Made by a program: the position numbers and the translations under genes
Part shown: piece after piece, positions 25,301 through 33,047 of the stretch
How positions within the stretch are numbered: position 1 is the stretch's first letter
Layout of the letters: each line of letters opens with the position of its first letter
The notes under the pieces: generated by a model
The model's input: only the letters and a program-made list of their open reading frames with translations
What the model was told of the DNA's origin: nothing
Databases searched by the model: none
DNA from: Tetramitus jugosus
Lineage: Eukaryota; Protista; Heterolobosea
Direction: 5' to 3'
DNA: 64,000 nt
Assembly (NCBI GenBank): GCA_937625935.1
Contig: OW569348.1
Location: forward strand, 124,001-188,000

Positions 25301-25679
25301 GGAGTTGGTCATTTCTCATCGATTGGACAAGAAACCTGACACTGGTAAGTTGAGTATGTCATTGAACGGTATTATTGATGCTGCTGTGAACGGTGGTGTC
25401 AACAAGTATGTCGATGCCTTCTTCTGCGCCGAGTACGTGCAAGAGAATCCAAAACTGTTGCCACTGCTTCAAAAATTGCAAAAGAGTTTGGAAGAGCAGT
25501 TGGTTGCGTTGAATCTGGGACTGGAGATGTATCATCGATATGGTAGTGCACAGACAAGAGCACACGTGGAGCACTTGTACTCGTACTATGCAAACATGAA
25601 GGATCAGTTGAGCTCTGTCACCACAAAGGATCTCTCCTACTTTTTGACCGATGAATACAAGAAGAATCCTACACAGTAA
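19368..25679 (+). CDS. DOCK: DOCK180-type Rac GEF (SH3, DHR1/C2, DHR2), intronless
   Basis: N-terminal SH3 (GWYKVK..GIYPSNYV), DHR1 (SAVYYHVHNPCFNE), DHR2 with nucleotide-sensor LNGIIDAAVNGG. First ATG at 19368. Confidence 0.95.
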   Translation: MASSSSSSGGVGWNKLNKQATVVFSRPSYGKHQLSLNEGSKIQIIGESSNQSGWYKVKYNNNQIGIYPSNYVKIEDNNNNNSSALVVDSLERIEKQDKEKYRRALERRAPTALELMHCSSQNALANEILQVLREWSIELNKLKNDKSTRQEFLNVKRQMATLVGLRKQIIQLELSNYHHHHHHQNNNNNNTNNNNNNNSHMNVNSISGVNNIHHAKLKELSDKVISVIEEGSRQLNLDLIVRVESDGSSSSSTNNNNNSTTTSTTTTSATATSANNNNTSAASSDNKKKNRGQRAHEDNTPIVDLYRQYQQTQRREMEVRLRRQLEQTLLQYQQQSNNSMITTAATATATATNNNNHPYHNHNNNNNNNNNNNNQVMNNTSASSLEDKRTALIRRVIKNYDPTDRVQRVKHMYQLPENHNSNNNNSVAFLLDVKACLFTMGEPTELYFSLYNAQSREFITEEYMVELTALGMPKDERLIQNIRCMFTDISEYHYTSDLHMICRIYRKGKMTLDEKAIVSSSELIKKSKMSSSSSSSSSSDPNNIDVDDVEEETFYRRPFACAVLPLTPPIISQFLMEGKEFAPGNLALYYATNEQQFAKLHELIIHDAQYNNYHSSGAHSGSGTGGDGMGVGGGMGGDDSGGGGGAMGGGGTGGGGMMGGDAGGNDGMGGGTGGADGTDYNDFHSHHFSHTMGGYEKLPHSRAIGIAVGITMYHGKTTAQIIDTTPQLKPGKTVCLVRPLHFPQVISPDERRNTLYITLANSQLNDGKNVKVSCRVILKSSAAASSDAGGPSTVRCIRRYAGLHKEPTHFYHSAVYYHVHNPCFNETLCIDLSPSQLEDAVLVFLFSNCNNTKQKSDRFAVGFLDVVDANSGVIIPNARDTRIELYKYSAKDMDKNLVLYAKDVAARKKLTALSASSNYLSIGTRLVSTRCTQDIHLNQLLKYSQQKQQIPLEALLNQFSYVSMQDVVKYIRDTADALFGILISRNDEKAAELVFASLLRIIDALSNKNFAHFRRSLDEYVDKYFNFPQPQIHKWFLHCLIHNLTWDESDKRKAKLVSQTLRAFHYMFRFIVASRSKCERQLAVNNNNNSSSNNNNFGDMMSSSEYMSQTELVFSLLNKVIAIQNNTSLIAAQDLMLKFIGPLFEVMSDIFPSGGNYILLGRITRQFMQSIPDTGRSNTTEGKLFIASCVASGNMLMRGEPRIELMSYLIGIIKHHMNRTNTERRMSVKVLANIVGTLQRILIEDSDNPHQKENTSNSLSVQTSVLNMFELLPVIHMALSELKKQSLEAKNRIVMNNSSNGSQLSTANSNNNTNNNANNNNKMGANNGSAASPVPATAIAAAAPPSPTTPTAANPASNRSGSLNDDESFELNEELQKIEELRGELTSTILAMFYVMDYNMLSTVLSSSTSDKSQSIEQMFDILQDVIEYSPIPEYWIAFNVFCYHTIYRHFQHIVSYMQTHFLPNKTFQYPLWNRALSLAISFARTKFLQVQGYSLSKQTKILVHGDMRALMVKQLRELWESYTAEQQMNFVPHLLDPMLRLAATIPKKEINVDALNIYYRILQLEYQSTKQLRQCQGITGSILDEYIVKDQIDSTFKHFFEQVLAEKFQSDESLRVEGTKFLDNTKMLIDLIAAVQKYNDDQEDQKTTSLIKVMQYVATSDQQEIYFKYVHALADVHLHNENYVEAALALMLHADHLSFQSTNVLPPIGSLFPQEKERDRKIGLYMKALEYFDKGKDWERAIQLSRVLAPLFEKETFEYDKLAEMLRLQGELFLKIATQKRLYASYFYVAYYGKSFQEMGLRNKEFIYKGFEAERLMDFVERIMKRFPNAEMLKPMEPVSEEKMNGEGQYIQIMTVYSSCFADIHSRCAPRPRNELVSQNIAAYDILNNNVRVFMYSKTFLQKNANEGKPANDFRCMHTNFTFLEIGEENENTKNVFNPNQFPSIVRRKPILKKTEVLLTPVENAVKNILDRNSELMELVISHRLDKKPDTGKLSMSLNGIIDAAVNGGVNKYVDAFFCAEYVQENPKLLPLLQKLQKSLEEQLVALNLGLEMYHRYGSAQTRAHVEHLYSYYANMKDQLSSVTTKDLSYFLTDEYKKNPTQ

Positions 25680-25890
25680 TGACGGGAGCGAGCGTCGTTT
25701 TACTCACTAAGAAATAAAATTTCATCATTGGTTAGAGAGTTCATTTAGTTAAGTGTTAAGCACCAAGGATTTTTTTGACTTCTTGTTGGGTGCGAATTGC
25801 TCCGTCTCTCCGTCTCGTCTCAATAGACCGTCAAATTGATTCAGATCAACCATAACAAAAGAAGAAACAAACGACAGACAGACAAAAACA

Positions 25891-26461
25891 ATGCAGAAGC
25901 ATAATCATCGGATGAAACCACAACAACTCTCTCGCGTGAGCAATCGGAAGAACAAAATCACATCATCCACCAACACCAACACCAATGATGATAATGATGA
26001 ATTGTTATTGGAACAAATCTATCAACAGAAACGGGACAACATGCACGCATTTCAAGCGTCCATGATCAAATGCAACAGTCCAATGGCTCAAAACATGACC
26101 AATCATTTATTAAACCAACAACAACAACAACAACAACAACAACAAATTGATGAACAACAACAACAATTAGCAACACTCAAGAGACAATTATTGTATTATT
26201 CAACAACAACAACAACTGCTACCGAGCCAAAGAGTGTTCATCATGATGTCAACAACAACAAACAACAACTACAACAACAACAACATGCATCACATGCATC
26301 ATCAAGCACTTTGGTAGAACAAAAGAGGAATGAAATGATTCAATCCATTCATTCCTTTCATCATCAATGGACACAATACAACAAACAGTATTGCTATGCT
26401 CATTTACCAACGAGAATACAATTGAAACCATTGCAATCATCATCATCATCATCATCATCTC

Positions 26462-26492
<31 letters not shown>

Positions 26493-27567
26493 GATTATAC
26501 ATGTGTTTCCACCACCACCACAATACACTGATCAACTCATGACTCTTCTCACTCCAATCATGCACAAATTGCATGAAAAGTGCAATGGCAATGTGCAAGA
26601 CTATGTCCAATCATCAAGAACAACTACAAGTCGAAGTAGTAGTAGTAGTCACAGCAGCAGCAGCAGTAACAAACATGATGCTTTGAATCACCATGCGAAC
26701 AAGAATAATCATAGTCATACTCTTGAGTATAGTACTCCTGTGAGGAGTCATGATACGACGATGACGATCAATGGTGATGCTGCTGATGATGCTGATGATG
26801 ATGATATATTTGGAGATGTTGCTCAAGAAGAATACATTGTCAGTGTCAATCATCATCATCATCATCATCATCATAATAATGAAGAAGAAGAAGAAGTAGA
26901 TACAACAAATGATGATGATGAGTCCATGTCGAACAACAATAATGATTCAATCACATATCAACAACAACAACAACAACAACAACAGTTGTTAACAGACAAA
27001 CAAAAGAATGAATTGAGAATGAAGATTGAGAATGCACATGAACAGTTGCAACAGAAGCAACAACAACCATATCAACAACAACATCGCAACAAGGATGAAA
27101 ATACAACTCCAGCAGGGATGATGAAGATGAATATTAAACCAACCATAAGTGGTCCAACTGATGACTATTTGACGACTAGAGATAATGATGGTAGAGAATG
27201 TTATGATGATGATTATGAATACGAATTGAATGATCATGATGATGATGATGATGAAGAACAACAACAACAACAACAACAGCTGACAGAGGCTGATCGAATA
27301 CAAATCTTGTCATCCTCCAACGCGGATGACGATGAGAAATTGTATGTGAAGGACAGATTGGAATCCAAGTATACTTATTCTACTACTACTACTACTACTA
27401 TTGGTACTGCTACTGCTACTATGACTGATACTTCTTTGTTCAACAACAACAACAAGAAGAAGAAGCAGAAGGACAATCCGAAGCGTCATGCAAGAGAGTG
27501 GGACAAGATTCAAAACATGATGAACAATAAGAAGATGAAGAAGAAGACACAAGGGAATGAACAATAA
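25891..27567 (+). CDS. RED/IK (SMU2)-like splicing factor, low-complexity-rich
   Basis: Short conserved islands in the RED order: DDDIFGDV..EY, RECY and C-terminal REWDKIQNMM..KK (cf. RQWKKISAII). Confidence 0.55.
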
Positions 27568-28433
27568 TGATTATCGTTATCATCATCGAAAGAAACAACA
27601 TGAAGACACAGTTCAGAATGAAAAAAATTTTGAGCGGCGAAACGAAGCAAGATAACTGATTGCATTCAACCAACAGGTGCGTTGGGAGATGCCAGCCAAT
27701 GCTACACTTATCGCATTCGTGGGCACCGCTTCTTGGGTTGTTTTTTTCCATACAACAGTTCTTGCGTCCTCGAAGTTTCAATTCGCAGAGCGTCATTGCT
27801 TTTTGTCTTCCTTGTAGGAGATGAAGATTTCATGAAGGGTCTGTTTATGATGGATAAAACAACAAGATCTGCCAAGTGTAAATAATGAGAAGAGCTTTAC
27901 TAGGGATCCCTCTTGTCAGATTACATTGACTGACCTAAGTTCTAAGCTAACTACAAGTGGTGTTACCATTAGCTCTATTTTAGGATCACTCAGAATTGAG
28001 AGTCGCTGATTTTTGGGTAAGGGCTGCCTCAGTCTCCACCCAGCTTGCCAAGTTCTTTCTCGACAGTCCTCTCCGCGACAGAGTAAATATATATCTTGTA
28101 TAGTGCCTTGATGCACGACCTCTTGATTGAGTCAATGACTCTCCTTATCTTTTTCTCTGTTTCACTTCTCTTTCTTACCAGAGAGCTTCATTGTTCTCTG
28201 GTAAGAAGGAACATTTTGCGATCATCGTACACCACATTGTCAAAACAGAGATTGAGCTTTGCTGGTCTCATGAACCAGTTTGCCAATGCAATTTCCTTTT
28301 CCACTCTAGCGAACACTGGAGAAGTGGCGTTCACTTGCTCCAGGATTTGCCGGCGTTGTTGGGTTTGTTTTTTTTTTAATACAACAAATGGTGCTCACGC
28401 ACCACGTTGCGGAACTTTTATTTTTCTTTTGCG

Positions 28434-28457
28434 TGAGAGCAGGCTTGCCTGCTCTCA
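28434..28457 (-). other. Perfect hairpin in the retroelement 3' UTR
   Basis: TGAGAGCAGGC-TT-GCCTGCTCTCA, an 11-bp inverted repeat, identical at 57739-57762. Confidence 0.85.
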
Positions 28458-28500
28458 ATTGTCTAACATGATGTGATGCTTGCCCAGTGGAGTGGCAGGC

Positions 28501-29187
28501 CTACGCAACAGGATTCATTCTCTTCTTGGAATGTTGTTTTGATCCCTTCTTCAGGGATTCGTTGCGAGGGCCTCCACTACCATCTGGAGCACCACTGGTG
28601 AGGTCAGATGGCTCTGTAGTCCTAGCCAGTTGGTAGGACCTACGGAGAGCACCTGACTTGATACTGGCCAACCTGGCCGGGATCTTGTTGGCAGCAGTGT
28701 CACCAACGGTGACACGTGCTGATCGCTTCTTGTGTTCGTTGAGTTGGGGACTCTGTAACTCACAGTCGGGGTTACTGAGATCCAACTCAACTGGATCTTC
28801 TTCGGTGGTTGTGCTTCTTGCACGGTCCACCATGATTGCTCGGGCAGCAATCTCTTTCTTGACTTTCTTGAACACCTGGGAGGTGTTCAATACTAGCTCG
28901 AGGATTGCTCTGTTACGAGCATCCTCATCAATGGTGTTGTTGGTTGGCTCTTGGGTGACCGTAGTTGGAGTGGCGGGATGGGACTCCGGCATGATCGACC
29001 CAGTCATCGGTTCGTAGACGGAGTCGAAGGTTCGAATTCGGGGATTCGCTCCGGCGTCCTTGGAGACGGGGATGCGAGGGGAATCCGGTTGACGGAAGCC
29101 ATACACTGACTTGGTGGCGCAGGTCGTCCACCACAGCCAGTAGCTCTTGGTACATCTTGGTCAGCCTCTTGCTGACAGCCTGGACCA
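28501..29187 (-). pseudogene. 3'-terminal ORF fragment of the retroelement (probable frameshift near 29107); no RT or endonuclease motif visible
   Basis: 201-codon open frame 28501..29106, preceded in another frame by VQAVSKRLTKMYQELLAVVDDLRHQV, which is cut at the TSD. Confidence 0.6.
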
Positions 29188-29241
29188 GCCGGCGTTGTTG
29201 GGATCTTGGGTTGTATATGTCTGAATGATTTACAACAACAA

Positions 29242-29312
29242 TCGGTCGTGGTATAGGGGTAGCATTCCAGACTGTCACTCTGGCGACCCGGGTTCGATTC
29301 CCGGTGATCGAG
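29242..29312 (+). tRNA. trnD-GTC: tRNA-Asp (GTC)
   Basis: Acceptor TCGGTCG/TGATCGA plus G discriminator; anticodon arm CCAGA-CTGTCAC-TCTGG; T arm CCGGG-TTCGATT-CCCGG; TTTT terminator at 29315. Confidence 0.96.
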
Positions 29313-29482
29313 GCTTTTGCTCCTATCTCCACTCAAAAAGATACGACGTCACTCGATTGAATTTTAGGGATGTATGGACCCATCTAATAAATTGGAGCAC
29401 CATACAAGTGATCATTTGAGCTTCCGCTTTGTGTTGCTGAGCTAATTTGTACTTGTTTGGAGTCATTTGTTAAGGAAGAAAG

Positions 29483-30281
29483 ATGGCGTGAGTAGAAACA
29501 AAAAACAATGAAAGCCCAATGAAAAGGACGACAAACTTGTTGAGGATTTGGTCCTCTTTCTCGTGTTCAGAGAGTAAATATTTGACTAAAAACTTATCTT
29601 TAAAATACAATTGAACATTCTTCATCGCTTGATTGGACTTATGTTTTCATTTGCTGTTCTATTCTCTACCTTGGAGTTTCTGGACTCGATACAAGGGTAT
29701 CCGGACATTTGATACTTGTCTCTATTCTCTCAAATCTCATCAATGGTTCATCCAATCTTCCTCAGAATAGATGAACAATCCAGTGAAGAAGATATCAAGT
29801 ATTTTTGATCTCTTCTCCAATTCACGCTCGAGACAGTGTTCAGATTCTGAAGTATGAGGAGCGTCAGAAAGAACTGTTGTGGGTATGGGTACTTCTTTCT
29901 TCCCGCCATTAGAATTTGTTGACTTTCTCTCGTTCATCCAGGGCAAACTCGATGCATATCCAAACGATTTAATTCTCGAGTGAAATGTGACAGGTTTGTC
30001 CTTAATCTTTGATTGGGAGGATTTTCTCATCAAATTCAATCCTCGACTCAACTTACCGGGAAACTCACCTTCAAAAATCATTTTCACATTTTCAAGCTGA
30101 GAGCCAATAGTGTTGCTTTGTTGGAAGTAGAGTTTTTCTAATACCCTGGATAGTTTCACTTTGTTTCCATCAGTCGAGGTTGATTACTTTTGCATACAAT
30201 GCAAAGGAGGTCATTCTCCATGGTTTGAAAGATCATGCAGGAAGCTTCTATCTTCATGATCTGACTAAGATGATGTACTAA
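29483..30281 (+). pseudogene. Possible decayed coding remnant downstream of tRNA-Asp
   Basis: Several protein-like + strand segments in different frames with stops (KLVEDLVLFLVF; VHPIFLRIDEQ; FFPPLEFVDFLSFIQGKL; LITFAYNAKEVILHG..MMY*). No family recognised. Confidence 0.25.
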
Positions 30282-30405
30282 GACAACCTCATACGAAGGA
30301 ACGTTCAATACAACAATGGAATTGACTGTCCCTATTAACAGAAAGGAAAAATTCATTTTCTCCCTTGATAAAATTCCAGCCGCCAGAAAAACAACAACAA
30401 GAATA

Positions 30406-31161
30406 ATGACGATGATGATCGATCCCACCACTAACAACAACAACAACAATGAGAATACTCTAGAAGAAACACTGCTGTATCAATCCAAGCATATCAAATC
30501 ATTCAGCTTCAATAATGAACCAGAGAGAACAACATGTCAAGAGTTTAGAATTACAACAAGAGCCATTCATCTCATCACCATGGATCACACTGAGGCTTCT
30601 TCCATACCACCAATTCCATTTGATAAAATATCCATGCATGCTGTGAATACTCCAAATGACAATGATGACGATGACAATCATGATGATGATGACAATGCAT
30701 CACAACAACGACAATTGCTGCCCTACGTTTACTGTCACATTTCAGATTTTGTGAAACTGGCACAGAATACTAATATTAATAATCAACACATGACTGATGA
30801 TGAAGAAGAAGAAAATGATGATGATGATGATTCATTTGAAGAATTGGTCATCACATTTGCTCATCCATTGTCAGAAGAGGAGATTGAACAAGTGTTTGAA
30901 GCAATGAACAAGGGTGCTGAACTTGTTCCCTACGTAGAAGAGAGTGATATGATGAACATGATGCAGTCGTTGTCGTCGAGTGATTCCACCCATGTTTCTC
31001 ATACGAATACTAATAATGATAATGATGAATGGATATACAATAGAGAAGAAGTACGAAAGAACATTCATTTGCATGAGAGAGATGGCGACAGTATTTCGTT
31101 CTTGGATGCACCCAAGAACGACACTGCTAAAATACCAAGAACATCAACAACGGAGGAATAA
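30406..31161 (+). CDS. CLNS1A: pICln/CLNS1A (Voldacs domain), methylosome Sm chaperone
   Basis: ITTRAIHLI, IPFDKISMHAV, YVYCHI, acidic loop, then IEQVFEAMNKGAELVP. Start at 30406 is likely (upstream in-frame ATG at 30316). Confidence 0.8.
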   Translation: MTMMIDPTTNNNNNNENTLEETLLYQSKHIKSFSFNNEPERTTCQEFRITTRAIHLITMDHTEASSIPPIPFDKISMHAVNTPNDNDDDDNHDDDDNASQQRQLLPYVYCHISDFVKLAQNTNINNQHMTDDEEEENDDDDDSFEELVITFAHPLSEEEIEQVFEAMNKGAELVPYVEESDMMNMMQSLSSSDSTHVSHTNTNNDNDEWIYNREEVRKNIHLHERDGDSISFLDAPKNDTAKIPRTSTTEE

Positions 31162-31329
31162 GTCATTTTATCTTCAATAAATTATCAAGTGTTCTTTTAT
31201 CCAATTTGTTACAAGTGGGATGATTTCGATCGAGTCATGACAATGGTGACAGAGAATCTTAGTTTCATCAGCATCATCAATCATCCCTAATCCAATAGAT
31301 CCATGGGTCTAATGTATATCTATCAGAGG

Positions 31330-32478
31330 TTAATTTGGTCTTTTAGACCCGGATGTCTCCAATAATTCATAGTATTTCAATTTCCACACATCTCGTTCTG
31401 ATTCAACTGTTCGTAGCTGACTCTCCAATTCCATCGCTCTCCTCATATAAAATGAAGCATTCATCTGATTGTCATTCAGTGATTGTATCTGAGGATTACC
31501 CAAACTTGTTCTCACGGTCGATAAAGCAAGCGTTGTATTGGACAAATGATCCGAGTTATTACTACTCAATCCATCTGATACTCTTGACCGATTCGCATCA
31601 CTGCTGCTTCTTAACGAGGAATGAGTTGGAACTAATTGGTCGCTAACAACTGTTGATGGGACAGCAGACAACATTGAATTTGTATGAACTAACTCATTTG
31701 CTATTGCACGGTTTCTTTCTCTGATTTCCTTCAATTGCTCTGCTGGATATAGAATACTAATGTCCAATTCGCTATCATAGAATTGATCATCCACGTGACT
31801 AATGTGCGAAATGGATAATAAATGGCTCGTATTAACTGATTGGTTGTTATTGACTTGACCCACTCTAGAATTGCCTTCATGTACACTTTGATCAGTAGAT
31901 ACAATACCAGCATTTGTTAGACTCTTATTCTCCATTGACCGCAATACTTCGCGCTCATGGTGATAGGATTGATCGATTGCACTGTTTGGATTGTCATTCA
32001 TGTTATTAGCGTAATTATTGTGAGTATGATTTGTCACCTTGTTTGTCGTTGATTTTACCAATGTGTTAGAATGTGGTATCCTATTACTACTATTATTATT
32101 ACTATTACTAGATATGAAATGACTTATTCCTCGTCTCGTATCAGCCACGCTACTCGTTTTTCTTGTCATAGATGCAGCAGTCGTCAAAGGCATGTGACTT
32201 GTGGCCGAAGAGGATTGAATCGATCTCTTGTATTGAAGCAATCTGCCATTACCTCCCATTGGTGTTGGTCTTTTATTCTCCTTGCACAAGTTTGATGATG
32301 TGGTGACTGATGGTACGGTCGAAGAGTGGACAGTGTGCTGTATGGGTACAGCTTGTTTCGATGAACCGTTCCTCTGTGTATTTTTCTCTCTCCTCCATTG
32401 TTCAAGCAACTCTCTCCTAGATAAATGTGAATTGTCCTTTGGCATGTCACTTGTACTCTGTGTTGTTGCAAAAGTCAT
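31330..32478 (-). CDS. Hypothetical disordered protein with N-terminal RRELLEQWRREK helix and C-terminal coiled coil
   Basis: 382-aa ATG-initiated ORF; C-terminal heptads ELESQLRTVESERDVWK. Confidence 0.7.
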   Translation of the reverse strand: MTFATTQSTSDMPKDNSHLSRRELLEQWRREKNTQRNGSSKQAVPIQHTVHSSTVPSVTTSSNLCKENKRPTPMGGNGRLLQYKRSIQSSSATSHMPLTTAASMTRKTSSVADTRRGISHFISSNSNNNSSNRIPHSNTLVKSTTNKVTNHTHNNYANNMNDNPNSAIDQSYHHEREVLRSMENKSLTNAGIVSTDQSVHEGNSRVGQVNNNQSVNTSHLLSISHISHVDDQFYDSELDISILYPAEQLKEIRERNRAIANELVHTNSMLSAVPSTVVSDQLVPTHSSLRSSSDANRSRVSDGLSSNNSDHLSNTTLALSTVRTSLGNPQIQSLNDNQMNASFYMRRAMELESQLRTVESERDVWKLKYYELLETSGSKRPN

Positions 32479-32548
32479 ATCGTTTCTGTTTGGGCGGTGG
32501 ATGCTCCTTTCAGAGATCTTGAAAAGAGTTAACGGCCAAAAATTTGAA

Positions 32549-32558
32549 TTGGCGCCAA
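32549..32558. promoter_or_regulatory. TTGGCGCCAA palindrome (E2F-like), next to TTTGAA
   Basis: Located 70 nt upstream of the ATG at 32478; recurs at three other promoters. Confidence 0.5.
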
Positions 32559-33047
32559 GTATCGCACAAATTTTTCCTCTCGTAAACCCAAATTCATTTT
32601 TTGCCTTGCATACCTGCGTCCAACAATTGCGTCATGCTGCGCGTTTGATAGTAACCGTTAACTATCATGATGGAATTCTAAGGCAGGTTCCTCACACAGA
32701 CCATCAGTGTGAAAAGAGCTAGTCATTCCGATCTACAGCAAGTGAAGTGTTATAGTACTATCAAGAGTCTATGTAGAAACGGCCTGATCGTCTCCAAGCT
32801 TCACACACTTCTTATGTGTTTTAATGTGAACGATCCAAAACTCCTCAAGGTGCATCTTCCTTGCCTAACCAACAACCAATGTTCATCACTGAATCTTCAG
32901 CTGCAAAGAAGGTAGTCGAATGAAAATGAACCTTTTCACACACCCGCCGCACCAACACCCGAATAACCTTCCAACTTTTTATTTCCTGGCCGATTCACAC
33001 ACAAAAACAAACCAACAACAACAACAACAACAAAAAACATCATCACC

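Larger units (their letters stand above)
28364..29187 (-). mobile_element. Young 5'-truncated poly(A) retroelement (824 bp) inserted 54 bp upstream of tRNA-Asp
   Basis: Perfect 15-bp TSD GCCGGCGTTGTTGGG at 28349-28363 and 29188-29202; T10 tail at 28368-28377. Its 3' ~180 bp is nearly identical to 57684-57850. Visibly GC-richer than the flanks. Confidence 0.9.
27741..29203 (-). mobile_element. Older, decayed 5'-truncated non-LTR-like retroelement upstream of tRNA-Asp, interrupted by a younger copy
   Basis: Direct repeat TCTTGGGTTG(T) at 27731-27741 and 29204-29214; T7 tail at 27741-27747. Its 3' end TGTTGTAT-(GG)-polyA is shared with the young family. Stop-interrupted frame QRRQILEQVNATSPVFARVEKEIA is 14/24 identical to the young element ORF. 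Confidence 0.7.

Noticed and set aside
10957-27567. CAA, GAT, CAT and GGT trinucleotide runs in the Myb, DOCK and RED-like genes (e.g. Gly/Met tract 21214-21400)
   Set aside because: These are in-frame homopolymeric amino-acid tracts, not arrays with spacers; no CRISPR or satellite structure.
27660-27730. Minus-strand GAATGCGATAAG and AACGCACC resemble 5.8S rRNA motifs
   Set aside because: The spacing between the motifs is too short and there is no rDNA context.
28349-29202. LTR, solo-LTR or DNA-transposon interpretation of the repeats
   Set aside because: No TG..CA termini or TIRs; long variable TSDs, poly(A) and variable 5' truncation fit TPRT instead.
28928-29419. ORF-track frames spanning 29004-29419
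   Set aside because: They cross the tRNA-Asp gene and the element junction, so they are chimeric artefacts.
32600-32930. Spacer upstream of LysRS with small hairpin TGATAGT..ACTATCA and short ORFs
   Set aside because: A 7-bp stem is within chance expectation; no snRNA, tRNA or protein motif found.
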